A stretch of DNA of 64,000 bases from Eledone cirrhosa. Its lineage: Eukaryota. Under the pieces are notes generated by a model. That model was not told the DNA's origin and did not search any database. It saw only the letters and a program-made list of their open reading frames with translations. Shown in pieces: positions 13,760 through 26,284 of this stretch. The DNA lies in the NCBI GenBank assembly GCA_964016885.1, contig OZ024742.1:287866001-287930000 (forward strand). The letters are read 5' to 3'. A program made the translations under genes and the position numbers. The first letter of the stretch is position 1. Each line of letters starts with the position of its first letter.

Positions 13760-15525
13760 AATGAGATGAAGTATGTGTCTACAGAAAGAAAACAGAGGAA
13801 AAGTTTTTAAACTTTTATTGTCCTGTACCACATGGAACCACATTAGCAAGACATTCTTGAAAATTACACAACAACACTATGACGTCATCACATTAAAAAT
13901 TGAAGTTTTTACTGTAATACTGCAAATTTTCACAAGAATCTGTCCACCACTAAAGATATAAACATTTAAATTAAAAACCCGTTTTTAGATATTTTCTCCT
14001 AAATCATTACAGAATGATAAGCGTTTAAAAAAGTGTATACATTATTGAATAAAAAGAAGGAATACTTCAACTTACAGATGGAGACCCAGATAAGCAAATA
14101 CATAGACATTTTATTAGTCAAGTTAGCAGCAGTTTTTTCTGGCTAAAGCAGAGGCTAATGTAGTGGGCCTCATGAAAGGCAGGATACTTATCATGGAGTT
14201 CTTTTTAACCCTTTAACATTTAAACAGGCCATATCCGACCAGAATTCTCTCACCTCTTTCTTTTCAAACCAGCCACTCATACCGATGCTAGGATATTGTT
14301 CTCAAAATTGTTGGCCTTGTGCTTAAATCAGAAACTATTATTGGGAGTGTCTAAAGGAGAAAGTGATGTGCTATAGAGCATGGAATGGAAATATGGAGGA
14401 GAGAAGAAGATAAACAACAATTTAGATGAAACCAGGCAGGAAATAGAAGAGAATTAGATGGAGAACAATTAGAGATAAAAGAAATTTGTACCAAGTCATA
14501 AACTATTTCCTTTCTTCCATGAGAATGGGTGAGATGAAGGACAGAGTTATTAGGGAAAATAATTATATATTAATTTCTCTCTACTGAGCCTGATACAATG
14601 TTTCACACAAATACAAAGATGGAAGTGTGTATGTGGAGGCACGTGGCCTAGTGGTAAGGGTATTGGACTTACAATCATAATGTTGTGGGTTTGATTCCTG
14701 GGCTGGATTGTGTGTTTTGTTCTTGAGAAAAACACTTCATTTCACGTTGTTCTAGTACATTCAGTTGAAAATGCCATATTATAAAAAGTGTTCCTAACAT
14801 GACCATCCCATCGTTTGGTATATCTACAAACATATTGTCATATGTATCCTCCAATTCTTTTTTTTATAAGATGGTCAGATGCAATATGATGGGGATTTGA
14901 CTGCTATTTTTAGTGAGTTAACCAGAAACTTGTGGAGGTGTGTGGCCAAGTGGTAAGGGTGTTGGACTTACAATCCTAATGTTGTGAGTTTAATTCCTGG
15001 ACTGGGTTGTGGGTTGTGTTCTTGAGCAAAACACTTCATTTTGCATTGCTCTAGTATACTCAGCTGAAAATGAGTACTAGCAATAGCTGGGGGTTTAACT
15101 TTGCGATGGACTGGTGTCCTGTCTAGGAGAGTCTTGTACTTTCAGGTGCCTCATGCCATGGAAACCAGGATAAGCACCAGCCTGATGAGTCTCTGGGCTC
15201 AAGATAGACTTTAGACTTTTAGAAGTGTGTGTGTGAAAGCATGTGGCTTAGTGTTAAAAGGTGTTCAGCTTCTGATCATAAGGTCATGTGTTCAATTCCT
15301 AGCAGCATGTTATGTATTTGAGCAAGATACTTTATTTTATATTGCTCTAGTCCATTCAGCTGGCAAAGTTATATCTGGAACACTCATCATCGAAACAGAT
15401 GGACCCCCCCCCCCCCTCCATACACACACACACATGCATTCATGTGTGAGTGTCTGTAAAGTAAGAACAATACAGAAACCCCCATTTATTGGGAGTGGGG
15501 AAGTTCTCAATAGATCTTAATGCTT

Positions 15526-15948
15526 TTTAAACCTTAATGTCCTGTACCACATGAAACCACATTAACAAGACATTCTTGAATAGTACAAAATATTACTGGG
15601 ACCACATTAAATAATTGTTTCTGATTTAGGCACGAGGCCAACAATTTTTGAGGGAAGGGCAAAGTCGATTAAATCGGCCCTGGTGCATTACTGGTACTTT
15701 ATTTTGCCAACACCATAAGGATGAAAGGCAAAGCTAACCTCGGCGAGATTTGAACAGATCATAAAGGGCCGTAACTCTATGCCATAAATCATGTCCGATG
15801 CTCCACCAATACTGCCAGTCCACATACATATTAAAATCTTTACTCCAATACAACAATCTGTCGACTAATAAAGAAAGTATAAACATTTGAATTAACAAAT
15901 CTGTTTTTAGCTATTTTCTGCTAAATATTACAGGATGCTAAGGGTTAA
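15526..15948. mobile_element. piggyBac-like MITE with a nested antisense SINE; uninterrupted older copy at 13806-14030
   Basis: TTAA-flanked imperfect TIRs (..TCCTGTA / TACAGGA..AAGGGTTAA) and shared internal GTCCTGTACCACATG..CAAGACATTCTTGAA. Confidence 0.6.
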
Positions 15949-15970
15949 ACAGTTGTTGTTGTGTATATAT

Positions 15971-16001
<31 letters not shown>

Positions 16002-16624
16002 CACATACATACACACACACACACACACATATATATATTAGATACCAGGAAATTTCCCTTCTTTTTTTTAGTCCCTTCCTGTCTCCCACACATAATTCCT
16101 CACTGTCCTCTCTCTCCACCCCACCCTTAATATTACACAAAACAAAATTCTGATAAATAATGCATAACCATAATCCACACCCTACCCACTCTCCTGCACA
16201 CTCCCCCACCCCATCTCACCCACATGCTGGGAGTGGAATGCAGGACAAATAGACAGGATTAAATCTGTCACATTCTTCACACTTCCAAATAAAATGTAAC
16301 AATAGTCAAAAATCAATGACAAAGAATAATAATAACAATAATAATAAACAAAAGAGAAATTTTCATTTACTAGAAAACAGTTATGTAAAACATGCACCAG
16401 GGTATCCCCACATATATATGTTGGTGGTATGAGAAAAAGCACTCAGTCCACCCTGTAAGGTGGTCGTGCTGTTGACACGGTAAAAAGCACCCAGTCCTCA
16501 TTGACAACATGCTTTATGGCATATAGTTACAGTCCTTTACCTTCTGAGTTCAAATCCCACCAAGGCTAGTTTTACCTTTCATCCTTATGAGGTTGATAAT
16601 ATAAAGTACCAGTAATTAATCAAC

Positions 16625-16900
16625 TCTAAATTTTCCCTAAATTTTACATCAAATTTCTTTCCTAAATTTTTCCAATATTTTTTCCTAAAATTTCCCCCCT
16701 AAATTTTACCCTACATTCCTCCCTAAATTTTATCCTATATATCTCCGCTAAATTTTACCCTACATTCCTCCCCTAAAATTCCCCCCATATTTCTTCTCTA
16801 AATTGCCCCCCCCCCCCCAAATTTACCCTATAATTCTCTCCTAGATTTTACCCCATATTTCTCCCCTAAAATTTCCCCCATATTTCTCCCCTAAATTTTC
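16625..16900. repeat. Degenerate minisatellite of about 24 bp (CCTAAATTTTACCCCATATTTCTCC)
   Basis: About 11 imperfect units are visible. Confidence 0.85.
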
Positions 16901-17139
16901 TATTAATCTGAAAGAGTTGACAGTCAAATCTTTCCTTCTGTTACGCTGTTCTCACTAATAATTAAGACTGACATTCTTTATACTGGCCTTTCCTCACAGC
17001 TCGCATTATGGAATGTAATTTGGTTTAGTTAAACTTTTTTGATCTGATTTTTTTTTCTAAAGCAGTTTTTAAATATAGTAGCATTCAAAGTATGGATGTA
17101 AAAATAATGATAATGATTATATATATATATATATATACA

Positions 17140-17330
17140 AAAGGCAAATAGAAATAATAAAGCAAACAACACAGTACAATAAGAAATATATTATTAGTTT
17201 TACACTTGATATAGTAAGAAAAGAGTCTTAATGTTTCAGACAGTAGTCCTTCATCAGAAAATAGAATGAGAAATCAAAGAAGCAATAGAAAGATAGAAGA
17301 GAGTGGGTAGTGGCAGAAAGAAAAAAAATA
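17140..17330 (-). mobile_element. Probable PLE 3' terminus with a degenerate hammerhead; related copy at 63100-63270
   Basis: Minus strand reads TTTT-CTGATGA-A-GGAC-TACT-GTCT-GAAA-CATT-AAGA. The two copies are clearly homologous and both abut (TA)n. Confidence 0.5.
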
Positions 17331-17396
17331 TTTTTAGAGAAAATATAGGTCCATTCATGTCACCATCTCTTGGAAAACTTGATTCTGGCATTGTTG

Positions 17397-17426
<30 letters not shown>

Positions 17427-17432
<6 letters not shown>

Positions 17433-17741
17433 TGAGAGCTCATCTCAAATTGTTGAGACTCACAGAGGAGATGACAAAGGAATGTGGCAAGTGGAGAGAT
17501 GCTGTGCTGAAAAGGATCCATCCAATCCACTAGAAAAACGTAAGTAAAAACGATGGTCATGATATATATATATATATGGTGATGATAGATATATATATAT
17601 ATATATATATGGTGATGATATATATATATATATATATATGGTGATGATATATATATATATATATATATATATGGTGATGATATATATATATATATATATA
17701 TATGGTGATGATATATATATATATATATATATATGGTGATG

Positions 17742-17765
<24 letters not shown>
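17427..17765 (+). mobile_element. RTE 3' end followed by an amplified [GGTGATG(AT)n] compound tail
   Basis: Encodes VRAHL..LTEEMTKECGKWRDAVL, matching 20410-20490; followed by about 6 repeats of about 32 bp. Confidence 0.85.
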
Positions 17766-17777
<12 letters not shown>

Positions 17778-18009
17778 TCGTGTATATATATGTATGTGTG
17801 TGTATATATTTTTTCTATATATATATTCTCATGAAATAAAATGCTAATCAGAGATCCTTGACCTGTCATTAGGAGTAAATATACGTCAACAGGTAAAGAA
17901 CCTGACCTTAGGAAGTGAGAGAATGTCAGTTTTAACATTCATGTCTTTAACAGGAACTTTAGCATTTTATGGGAACTATTTACAACCAGAAACTGAATCT
18001 CAATTGTAA

Positions 18010-18046
<37 letters not shown>

Positions 18047-19235
18047 AATATGGTGGCTACAAACTCTGCTAAGAGTATTGCAATCACTTGTTAGATTATA
18101 GAGTTTTGTGCACTTTAGGCTACTGTCAGCCACACAAACCTGTAACATATCCTGTACAAGCAATGCCTGTGCTTTGAATTTTCTTAAATGGGGAAAGGCC
18201 ACTCTCTGAGCATCAAAAACACCACCTGAAAAGGAGAACTTGTCAACATCATTGGATGCTTCTGAAGCTGCAGGTTTTATTTTCAGAGTTTCCCTCTCCT
18301 AGAAAGGTGTTGTGACAACCATTGGGGGACCAGACCGAAAAAAAAAAGTTCTATTTAGATGGCCGTTGACTCTGCTGAGTACCTCCACCCATTGCCGGGT
18401 CTTGTATTTCATCTTGCATATATATACATACATATATAGTCGTGTAGGCATCACAACAAAAAGCACCCAGCACACACTGTAAATGTGGTTGGCGCAAGGA
18501 AGGGCATCCAGCTGTAGAAAACCAGCCAGAAACTGTCACTCGACCCAACTTGCCTCTAAATGTGACAAACCCTTCTAACCCATGTCAGCATGGAAGATGG
18601 ACATTAAACGATGATGATGATATATATATATATATACACACTTGCACATCTACGCATACACCCACACTTCATCCCACAACGCGTCCTGATTTGACATGAT
18701 CTCATTTCATCCCATCCATCTCCCTCTATCCACACACAAACACACCTACACCCATACAGGGACTATACAGACAGACACACACTCCATGCCCAACACACAC
18801 ACAATGGTTTTTCAAAGCCCACATACACATTCCTTCCAAACTCTCTCACACATACACTTACATCTATACATACACACACGCCTTACCTTCCGCCATCCCC
18901 ACTCAGACTCAATTTTTATCGGTATTCATACCCTCAACGTGCATAATGATGGTTTAGTGTTTGAAAAAATTGTCAGCCATTAAAAATATATGTATTCATA
19001 AATTTTTGTTGTTCTCTCCAGCATTTTATATATGCTTTTTTGCTCTGCTTATGATAATTTTGCTAGACATATTTCCTTCCATTTACTTGCTTGGTTTGCT
19101 TGTCTTGCAATCTATATACATCGAGCACACCAACCCTCTCTCTACTGGCTTGTAATCTGTGTAACTAATCACTTATTTCTGATTTTTGATTGGTTTGCTT
19201 GCTTTTTATTTGATATATATATATATTTATATATA

Positions 19236-20547
19236 TGCCCTCTTCTTAGTGAGACAACTACAAGAGAGGTTCTTAGAGAAGAATAAGCCACTATACTTAG
19301 CTTTTGTTGACCTAGAAAAGGCCTTTGATAGGGTACCCCGATATGTCATCTGGTGGTCCCTAAGGAAACTAGGTGTAGAGGAATGGCTTGTGAGGACAGT
19401 GCAAGCTATGTACAGGGGTGTTGTCAGTAAAGTGAGAATAGGAATGGAGTTTAGTGAGGAATTCCAGATACAAGTAGGAGTACATCAGGGTTCGGTCCTC
19501 AGCCCGCTCTTGTTCATTATAGTCCTCCAAGCCATAACAGAAGAGTTTAAGACTGGATGCCCATGGGAACTTCTCTATGCTGATGATCTGGTTCTTATAG
19601 CAGAATTAGTAGAGGAGCTAGAGGATAAATTCTGGCTATGGAAACAGCAGTTGGAATCAAGAGGACTGAGAGTGAACATAGCTAAGACAAAAGTGTTGAT
19701 GAGTAGAAAGAGGACAAAACTCTGATTCCATCAGGGAAATGGCCATGTTCGATATGCAGAAAAGGAACTGGCATAAATTCTATAAAATACACACAATGCA
19801 GATCCTGGGTACACAAGAGATGTAGTGGGATAGCAGGAAAACTAACAGGTAGGGAAAACTACGTAAAGTTGGCAGTAGTAATCGCAGTGATAGACACATT
19901 TTTCCAATGCAGGTGGGTTCTATAGAAGTGGTTGATAGCTTCCGGTACCTAGGTAATCAGATTAGCATGGGAGGAGGTGTTCCGAGGCCATAGTATCTAG
20001 AATAAGGACGGGTTGAAAGAAGTTTAGGGTGCTGATTCCTCTGTTGACAAAGAAGGGTTTCTCCCTGCGTACGAAAGGATGGTTATATGATGCCTGTGTG
20101 AGATGCGCGATGCTGCATGGTAGAGACATGGGCAGAAACTACAGAGGATATGCGACAGCTGGAGAGAAATGATGTAAGTATGCTCCGTTGGATGTACAAT
20201 GTCAATGTGCGTGAACAACCAAGTATAGATGAGTTGAGAAAGAAATTGGGTATAAAAGGGATAAGTTGTGGTGTGCAGGAGAGAAGACTGAGATGGTATG
20301 GACATGTGATGCGCATGGAGGATGACCGCTGGGTAAAGAAGTGCCAAGAAATGCCAGTAGAAGGAAGACGCAGTAGAGGAAGACCACGAAAAACATGGGC
20401 GGAGGTGGTGAGAGCAGACCTCAGATCGCTGAAACTCACAGAGGAGATGACGAAGGACTGTGACAAGTGGAGAGATGCTGTGCTGAATAGGACCCGTCCT
20501 ACCCTTGCAAGCAGGGAAAAGCAGACGTAAAATGATGATGATGATGA
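19236..20547 (+). mobile_element. 5'-truncated decayed RTE LINE (RT, PHD remnant, C-terminus, GAT tail)
   Basis: FVDLEKAFDRV, GVHQGSVLSPLLF, LLYADDL, RLRWYGHV and GRPRKTW, with stops and frameshifts. Confidence 0.95.
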
Positions 20548-20734
20548 TATATATATATATATATATACCTCCTGATGGAATTATAGGGATGCTGTATTGA
20601 TATACAGCATTTTTTCGGGGATGGGGGACATTTTCAGCCTGGTGGAGCCCCTCAGTCTCCAGGCCTAATTACTGCAGATGTCTTCCAGAGAACGATTGAA
20701 AGTGACAGAGAGGAAGTGAGAAAGAGATATAGAG

Positions 20735-21240
20735 GAATAACTGAACCCCAGTAATAGACTGGTACTTTTTTTATTGACCTTGAAAGGATGAAAGGCAAAG
20801 TTGACCTTAGAGGGATTGTTTTCTGATTTAGGCACAAGGCCAACAATTTTTTGGGTGAAGGGAAAATCAATTTAATCAACCCCAGTACATTACTGGTACT
20901 TTATTTTATCGACCATGTAAGGATGAATGGCAAAGCTAACCTTAGCAAGATTTAAACTCAGAACATAAAGGAACATAACTATGTGCCATAAATCCTGTTG
21001 TCCGACGCTCTACCGATTACTACCAATCCACCACCCTAGGTAGTATATAATTGTTTCTACTTTTGGCACAAGGCCAGCAATTATCCCAGTACATTACTGG
21101 TACTTTATTTTATTGATCCCATAAGGATGAAAGGCAAAGTTAACCTCGGCGGGATTTGAACTCAGATCATAAAGAGTCGTAACTCTATGCTGCAAAGCAT
21201 GGTGTCCGACCTTCTACCAATACTGCCAATCCACCACCCT
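20735..21240 (-). mobile_element. Cluster of three antisense SINE copies (family 3)
   Basis: Repeated ACTGGTACTTT..AGGATGAAAGGCAAAG. The same family occurs at 13260, 15615, 31308, 36320, 40665 and 63680. Confidence 0.85.
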
Positions 21241-21407
21241 AGGTGATATATAATGTGAGATGATAAGCACTAGTTAAGTAGTGTTCACAAGTAGGTGATC
21301 AAAGTAAAATAGATTTAGATAAACAAGAGAGACGCAAAGCTAATTTAAATATAACAAAAGACTATTGACATTTCTTACTTGAGAACTCATCAAGTACTGG
21401 TCTAAAT

Positions 21408-21451
<44 letters not shown>

Positions 21452-21989
21452 TTGTAGGAAAAAACATATGACAATATGCCTCACTACAAATTTCATACTT
21501 GACGACCCAATATATATATAATTTCTCATCAAGTACTGGTCTAATTAGATAACATTTCAGACCTCTCCAAGTCAGCATTGGCGCCTGAGTGTTTAGAACT
21601 CAAGCTTTACAATGTGTATCTCTTCTCCCAAAATATAATAATTTCAACTTACAGTTTGCTAAACTAACAAACCTACTTTTTAACACTTCTTGCTGATCAC
21701 ACTTAGAAAATTACAAAGAGGGAGAGGAGACACATATTAAATGTTGATCCACAAGAAGGGGCACTGGAATTTCCTTCTAATGATTTTTTAGGCAAGCCAA
21801 GACACACACAGTAATAACCAAGTACCCTCACCAGAAGTATCACCTGATAGATACTTTAGTAAGGCCAGATGATAGCGAGGCTAAGACACTGGAATAAACA
21901 AGTACCCCCCCATCAGAAGTATCAACTAATAGGTTGGTGTGGTGAGCCGCCAACAATGATAAGAATCTCATTGTCAGATCCTCCCAAGG

Positions 21990-22275
21990 TTGGATTTAGA
22001 CCTTGAGGGGCCCGGGGTACTTCAGATTGGGGGGGTCATACACAAAAAAATTAGAATACACAGCAAACCTCCCAGTTTTACATATCAAAGTCAGCTTGGT
22101 GCAAGTATTGGAATTGAGAAGTTATACATACAGGTATTAAATTCAAATATTCTAACATCCTAAAACTAAAAAGCCCAGCTGAGGGCACAAATAAATTGCT
22201 ATGGCCATAGCTGGTGGGGCTCCCCACTGCAGGAGGCCTGGGGCAATTGCCCCCCCCCCCCTTAAATCAGGGCCT
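21990..22275. mobile_element. hAT-like MITE, inverted relative to the copies at 26044 and 26468
   Basis: Body is the reverse complement of 26468-26770; TIR-like GGTTGGATTTA / TAAATCAGGGCCT. Confidence 0.75.
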
Positions 22276-22289
22276 ACTTGTTAATTCTC

Positions 22290-22470
22290 GAAAATTGAGG
22301 GGTTATTGACTCTCTGGGGCCCACTTGATAATCCTCCAAAGTTGGGGGCAGGGTGATATTGACTGTCTGGGGCACTTGATAATTCTCCAAAGTTGAAGGG
22401 ATGTTAACTTTATCTGGAGCCATTTGAGAATTCTCCAAATTTGAGGGGCTACTGACTTTATCTGGGCACT
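22290..22470. repeat. Tandem repeat of about 40 bp (about 4 units)
   Basis: TTGACT.TCTGGGGC.CACTTGATAA.TCTCCAAAGTTG is repeated. Confidence 0.8.
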
Positions 22471-23060
22471 TTTCATAATTAGGTTCAGCATTCCCTGTTG
22501 TTTTCTAAACATTTATACAAGTCAAAACATTTTTTTCCCAGATATATGAAAGATAAAATTTTACATTGAGTGCCAAAATATAGGCTACATTTAGTGTTAC
22601 ATTCAGATATAATCCCAGTAGTTTTTTTGTGCACTTTTGCCATCACAAAATTACTCCAAATGTATCATATATATATAGAAAGTATATATCTTCAATATAC
22701 ACCTCCTATTAAGATATAACTACATGAATATTTTGTATACTTTGTAACCAAATTATAAATACCCCAGTTATGGAATGTATTTACATTATATATATATATG
22801 CACACACATATATATGGAAAAGGATTGCTGAACACGCATGCCGAAACTGCTTGGCCCTGGAGTCGGGATGTTACATATCTCTCTCCCCCTCATATATATA
22901 TATATATATCTATATATATATATAAGTAGAAGGGATATTTAATTTGTTGGAAATTCAACAAATATAAATGTTTATAACTGATTCAGAGCACTCGACACAT
23001 TTCTGGAGTAAATATTCAATGATATTAAATAAATGGAAACTATATTTATAAAACCATATT

Positions 23061-23122
23061 TATTCTATTATATATATTTCAAGGGTACCAAAAACTTTGG
23101 TACGCTTTCATCAGATAAAATA
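23061..23122 (-). ncRNA. Minimal type-I hammerhead ribozyme
   Basis: Minus strand reads UAUUUUAU-CUGAUGA-AAGCGUACCAAA-GUU-UUUGGUACCCUU-GAAA-UAUAUA-UA|AUAGAAUA. Confidence 0.85.
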
Positions 23123-23253
23123 CAAAGTGTGTTTTATAAATTTTGACATAGCCAAGGAACCATACCTTATCAGTTGAATTTTCCTTGGATCCAAGGAAAA
23201 TTCAAACTGATAAGGTATGGTTCCTTGGTTATGTCAAAATTTATAAAACACAC

Positions 23254-23314
23254 TTTGTATCTGATGAAAGCATACCAAAGTGTTTGGTACTCTTGAAATA
23301 TATATAATAGAATA
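23254..23314 (+). ncRNA. Minimal hammerhead ribozyme with weakened stem I
   Basis: CTGATGA at 23261, GAAA at 23295, TATATA-TA|ATAGAATA; a 5-nt indel affects the 5' strand of stem I. Confidence 0.65.
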
Positions 23315-24093
23315 AATATAAGTTTTATAAATATAGTTTCCATTTATTTAATATCATTGATTATATATATATATATATATATTCAAAATTAAATTAAATT
23401 AATTTAGCGTACAGGTTGGAGACATATATCGACTGTAAAAAAATTATTCCCTGTAATTGTTTCATATGTTTATTTTAGATATATATATATGTCAATCAAT
23501 TTCTAGTTGATAGAGAGAGAGAGAGAGAGAGAGAGTGGGAGGAGTAAAAATAAATATAAAGATCAAAATCCATATATATATAGGTAAAAAGTAAAAGTGG
23601 AAAAGCACAAGAGTATATTATCTAAAGATTCTTTTTGCCTATAATGTTCAATTTGTATGGAATTTTACCCTTCTTCAACTATATATATATATATTATATA
23701 AATGAGACGTATAGAGATTGTTTTAGCAAGAAGCTAACGGCATTCTATAACATATATGCGACTATAACGTCAAGATGGGAAAAGTAGTTAATACTTAATT
23801 ATATAGATAATATAAATCTTTATAATATATATATATATATATTATATATATATTATAAAGATTTATATTATCTATATAATTAAGTATATAGGTGGAAAAA
23901 TATCTTTTAAATCATATTTAATTCCTAATTCTGCACACTTGAACAACATTCTAATAAATATTGCCTGTACAGGTAATCAAAGTATGTATATATTTTGGGG
24001 GGGGGACACCCTGTATATATATGTGTGTGTGTGTGCGTGTATACATACTTAAATTCCTCCATGTAAAACATGTTGGAGCTATAAGGAACTCAC

Positions 24094-24178
24094 CTGTTGC
24101 AACATCCAGCAGGTAAATGATGGCAGACAGAACAACAATTGCCACATCTTGGCTGTGAAAATCTCTTCCAGATGACAT
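24094..24178 (-). CDS. Probable first coding exon of an XK-related (Xkr scramblase family) gene
   Basis: Encodes MSSGRDFHSQDVAIVVLSAIIYLLDVAT plus G, then a perfect ACAG|GTGAGT donor. Resembles the Xkr first TM motif D-hydrophobic-Y-x-x-D-V-x-T-D. There is an in-frame upstream stop. Downstream exons were not located. Confidence 0.55.
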
Positions 24179-26043
24179 ATTCTGAGGTACATTATCCTGA
24201 CTTCCCTTCCTGGGACCAGGTACTCACCAATTTCACCATCAAATTAATTCCATTAAAGAAATTCCACAGATGTATTACTGTTTTTTCAATTTTTTTTATT
24301 TAAAAAAAAAATTATTTCAGTGACCCCACTTCTGTACTGACTTGGTCTATATAGACTCCTCCATCCCTTACTAGCAGGGGAAACGAACGTTAAATAATGA
24401 TCTCACTCTTTCCAGTAATGCACTGGGACGATTTAATCATCGACTTTCCCTTCTACCCAAATTGCTGGCCTTGTGCCTATAGTAGAAATCATTATTTTAC
24501 AAAATCCCTTAAGATGTAGTTATGTCCTGGGGGGTGTCTCCGTCGTTCACTGTTTTCATTCATTCTCTATAACTAGGAGGAATACCATATTAAAATAAAC
24601 CAGACGATGGTTTCGTGGTCCGTTAAATGTCGTGGTCGTATGTCTAATGAGGGTTTGTTTGAATTTGGCGGATAGACAAACTATCATCATGTGACAGTTT
24701 TCTAGGGATTTACTCTACTTCTACTTTAGCCATAGCACTTGTTGCATGTGTTAACTGATCAACAAGCAGCACGCATTGTTTTTAAGCCGTCAACGGGGGT
24801 TCATTGTTATATTAATACTGTAGTTACATTTATAGAAAGGGATGTGCCAATATATAATAAAGTTCACCAGTTTTTTATTTGTTTGTTTGTCTGTTTGTTT
24901 TTACAAGTATTGCTATGAAGAGATAAGCATCACACACTGGTGTCGCACTCACCCATTCACGTCAATTTACAACACGCTGCACAACTTATAAATTTATATA
25001 ACTTTGTTTTTACACACACACATTGAAATATATAATCAAAATCGTTTAAAAAATATGCATTACCTTTTCTTCCCGTTTTTCTATTTCTTACATAATTTCG
25101 TCCAACGTTGTTTTCATTACTTCTAAATAATTATTTAACCTCTTCATTGTCTTACCTGTAATTACAGGTATTTTTCATTCATGTCTAGTAAGTCTGCAAA
25201 AAAAAAAAAAACATGATTTAATTTTGAATTAATAAATAAAAATATTTTAAAAATTATTCTTTTAAAAAAATTATTATTTTTTTTTTTAATGAAATGACCC
25301 TCTTATTAGTTTACTTGTTGAATATTTTAAATACACGTAACTGTAAATAATGCGACTATTAGTGTATAACCATGTATACAAGGGAGCATATTATTATGTA
25401 TATGATTATATATATAAATCCGTTTATCTACCATGTAACGTATTGTGTCCACTTTACAACATACGTCTTGTGCAAAATCGTGGAGTGAGTGAAAAACGGC
25501 GATCCAGGACGAAATCTAATTGTCTGGCTTGTTTCTCTTTCTTTTTTTCCCCTTTCCCTTTCCTTTGTATATATTATGTTTGTGTTTTCGTTCTGTAAGC
25601 ATTATATCATTATATATATATATTTTTTTTTTATACAACTCTGAATAAAATAATTTATACATTATTGTTTAATTCTACCTTGTAACGGATATACCTAGTA
25701 AGTTGAACATAATCTTGCATATTAGTTTGACTCTACGTATTTATGCACCTGATTTTGTTGTTTACACCTCGGTTGAGGTCCACGGTGCGATTTTCAAACT
25801 GTTGGAATTTAACCGCCAATAGTGTGTTTTGTTCTAATGAGGTAATCTGACTACCTGACTCACCTGGTCACGTGATGCTGCTACAATGTAAAGGGCCAGC
25901 TGTCAATAATTGAACTGTTAAATCATAGGCTCTCTGTTCAAGTCGCCCAATCGTACTAGAGAGTCCAACGGCATAAAGTCGTTTATGTTGTACAAAACAG
26001 AGTAGTTTTAGTATAGACAGAGCATGCAAGCGATGCGGGCACA

Positions 26044-26284
26044 CAGGGTCCGATTTAATGGTGTAACAATATATTTGTCTTCAGCTGGGCTTTTTAGTTT
26101 TAGGATGGTTAGAATTTTAGAATTTAATACCTGAATGTATAACTTTTCAATTCCAATTACTTGCGCTAAGCTTACTTTGATATGTAAAATAGGGGGATTA
26201 TTCTAATTTTTTGTGTATGAGACCCCCCTCCCCCCAATAAAACCCTAATGTACCTCGGGCCCCCAAGGTCAAAATCCAACCCTG
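26044..26284. mobile_element. hAT-like MITE with 8-bp TSD
   Basis: CAGGGTCCGATTT..AAATCCAACCCTG with flanks CGGGCACA / CGGGCACG. Confidence 0.85.

Larger units (their letters stand above)
23016..23360. mobile_element. 345-bp spacerless palindrome (fold-back PLE terminus) centred on GGATCC
   Basis: The arms are reverse-complementary about 23187-23192 with few mismatches, and each arm carries a hammerhead. Confidence 0.85.

Noticed and set aside
14075-14145. Possible minus-strand exon ending at a GTAAGT donor
   Set aside because: The peptide has no recognisable Xkr or other similarity.
15178-15210. CTGATGAGTC..GGCTC as a hammerhead
   Set aside because: No GAAA, stem III or stem I; it is a SINE tail, and the copy at 12555 reads CCGATGA.
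21380-21545. 20-bp direct repeat CTCATCAAGTACTGGTCTAA and a possible 23-nt micro-exon on the minus strand
   Set aside because: The peptide (DQYLMSSQ) fits Xkr poorly; a local duplication beside a TA tract is simpler.
22825-22870. CTGAACA..GCCGAAAC hammerhead-like string
   Set aside because: The core is mismatched and the stems do not pair convincingly.
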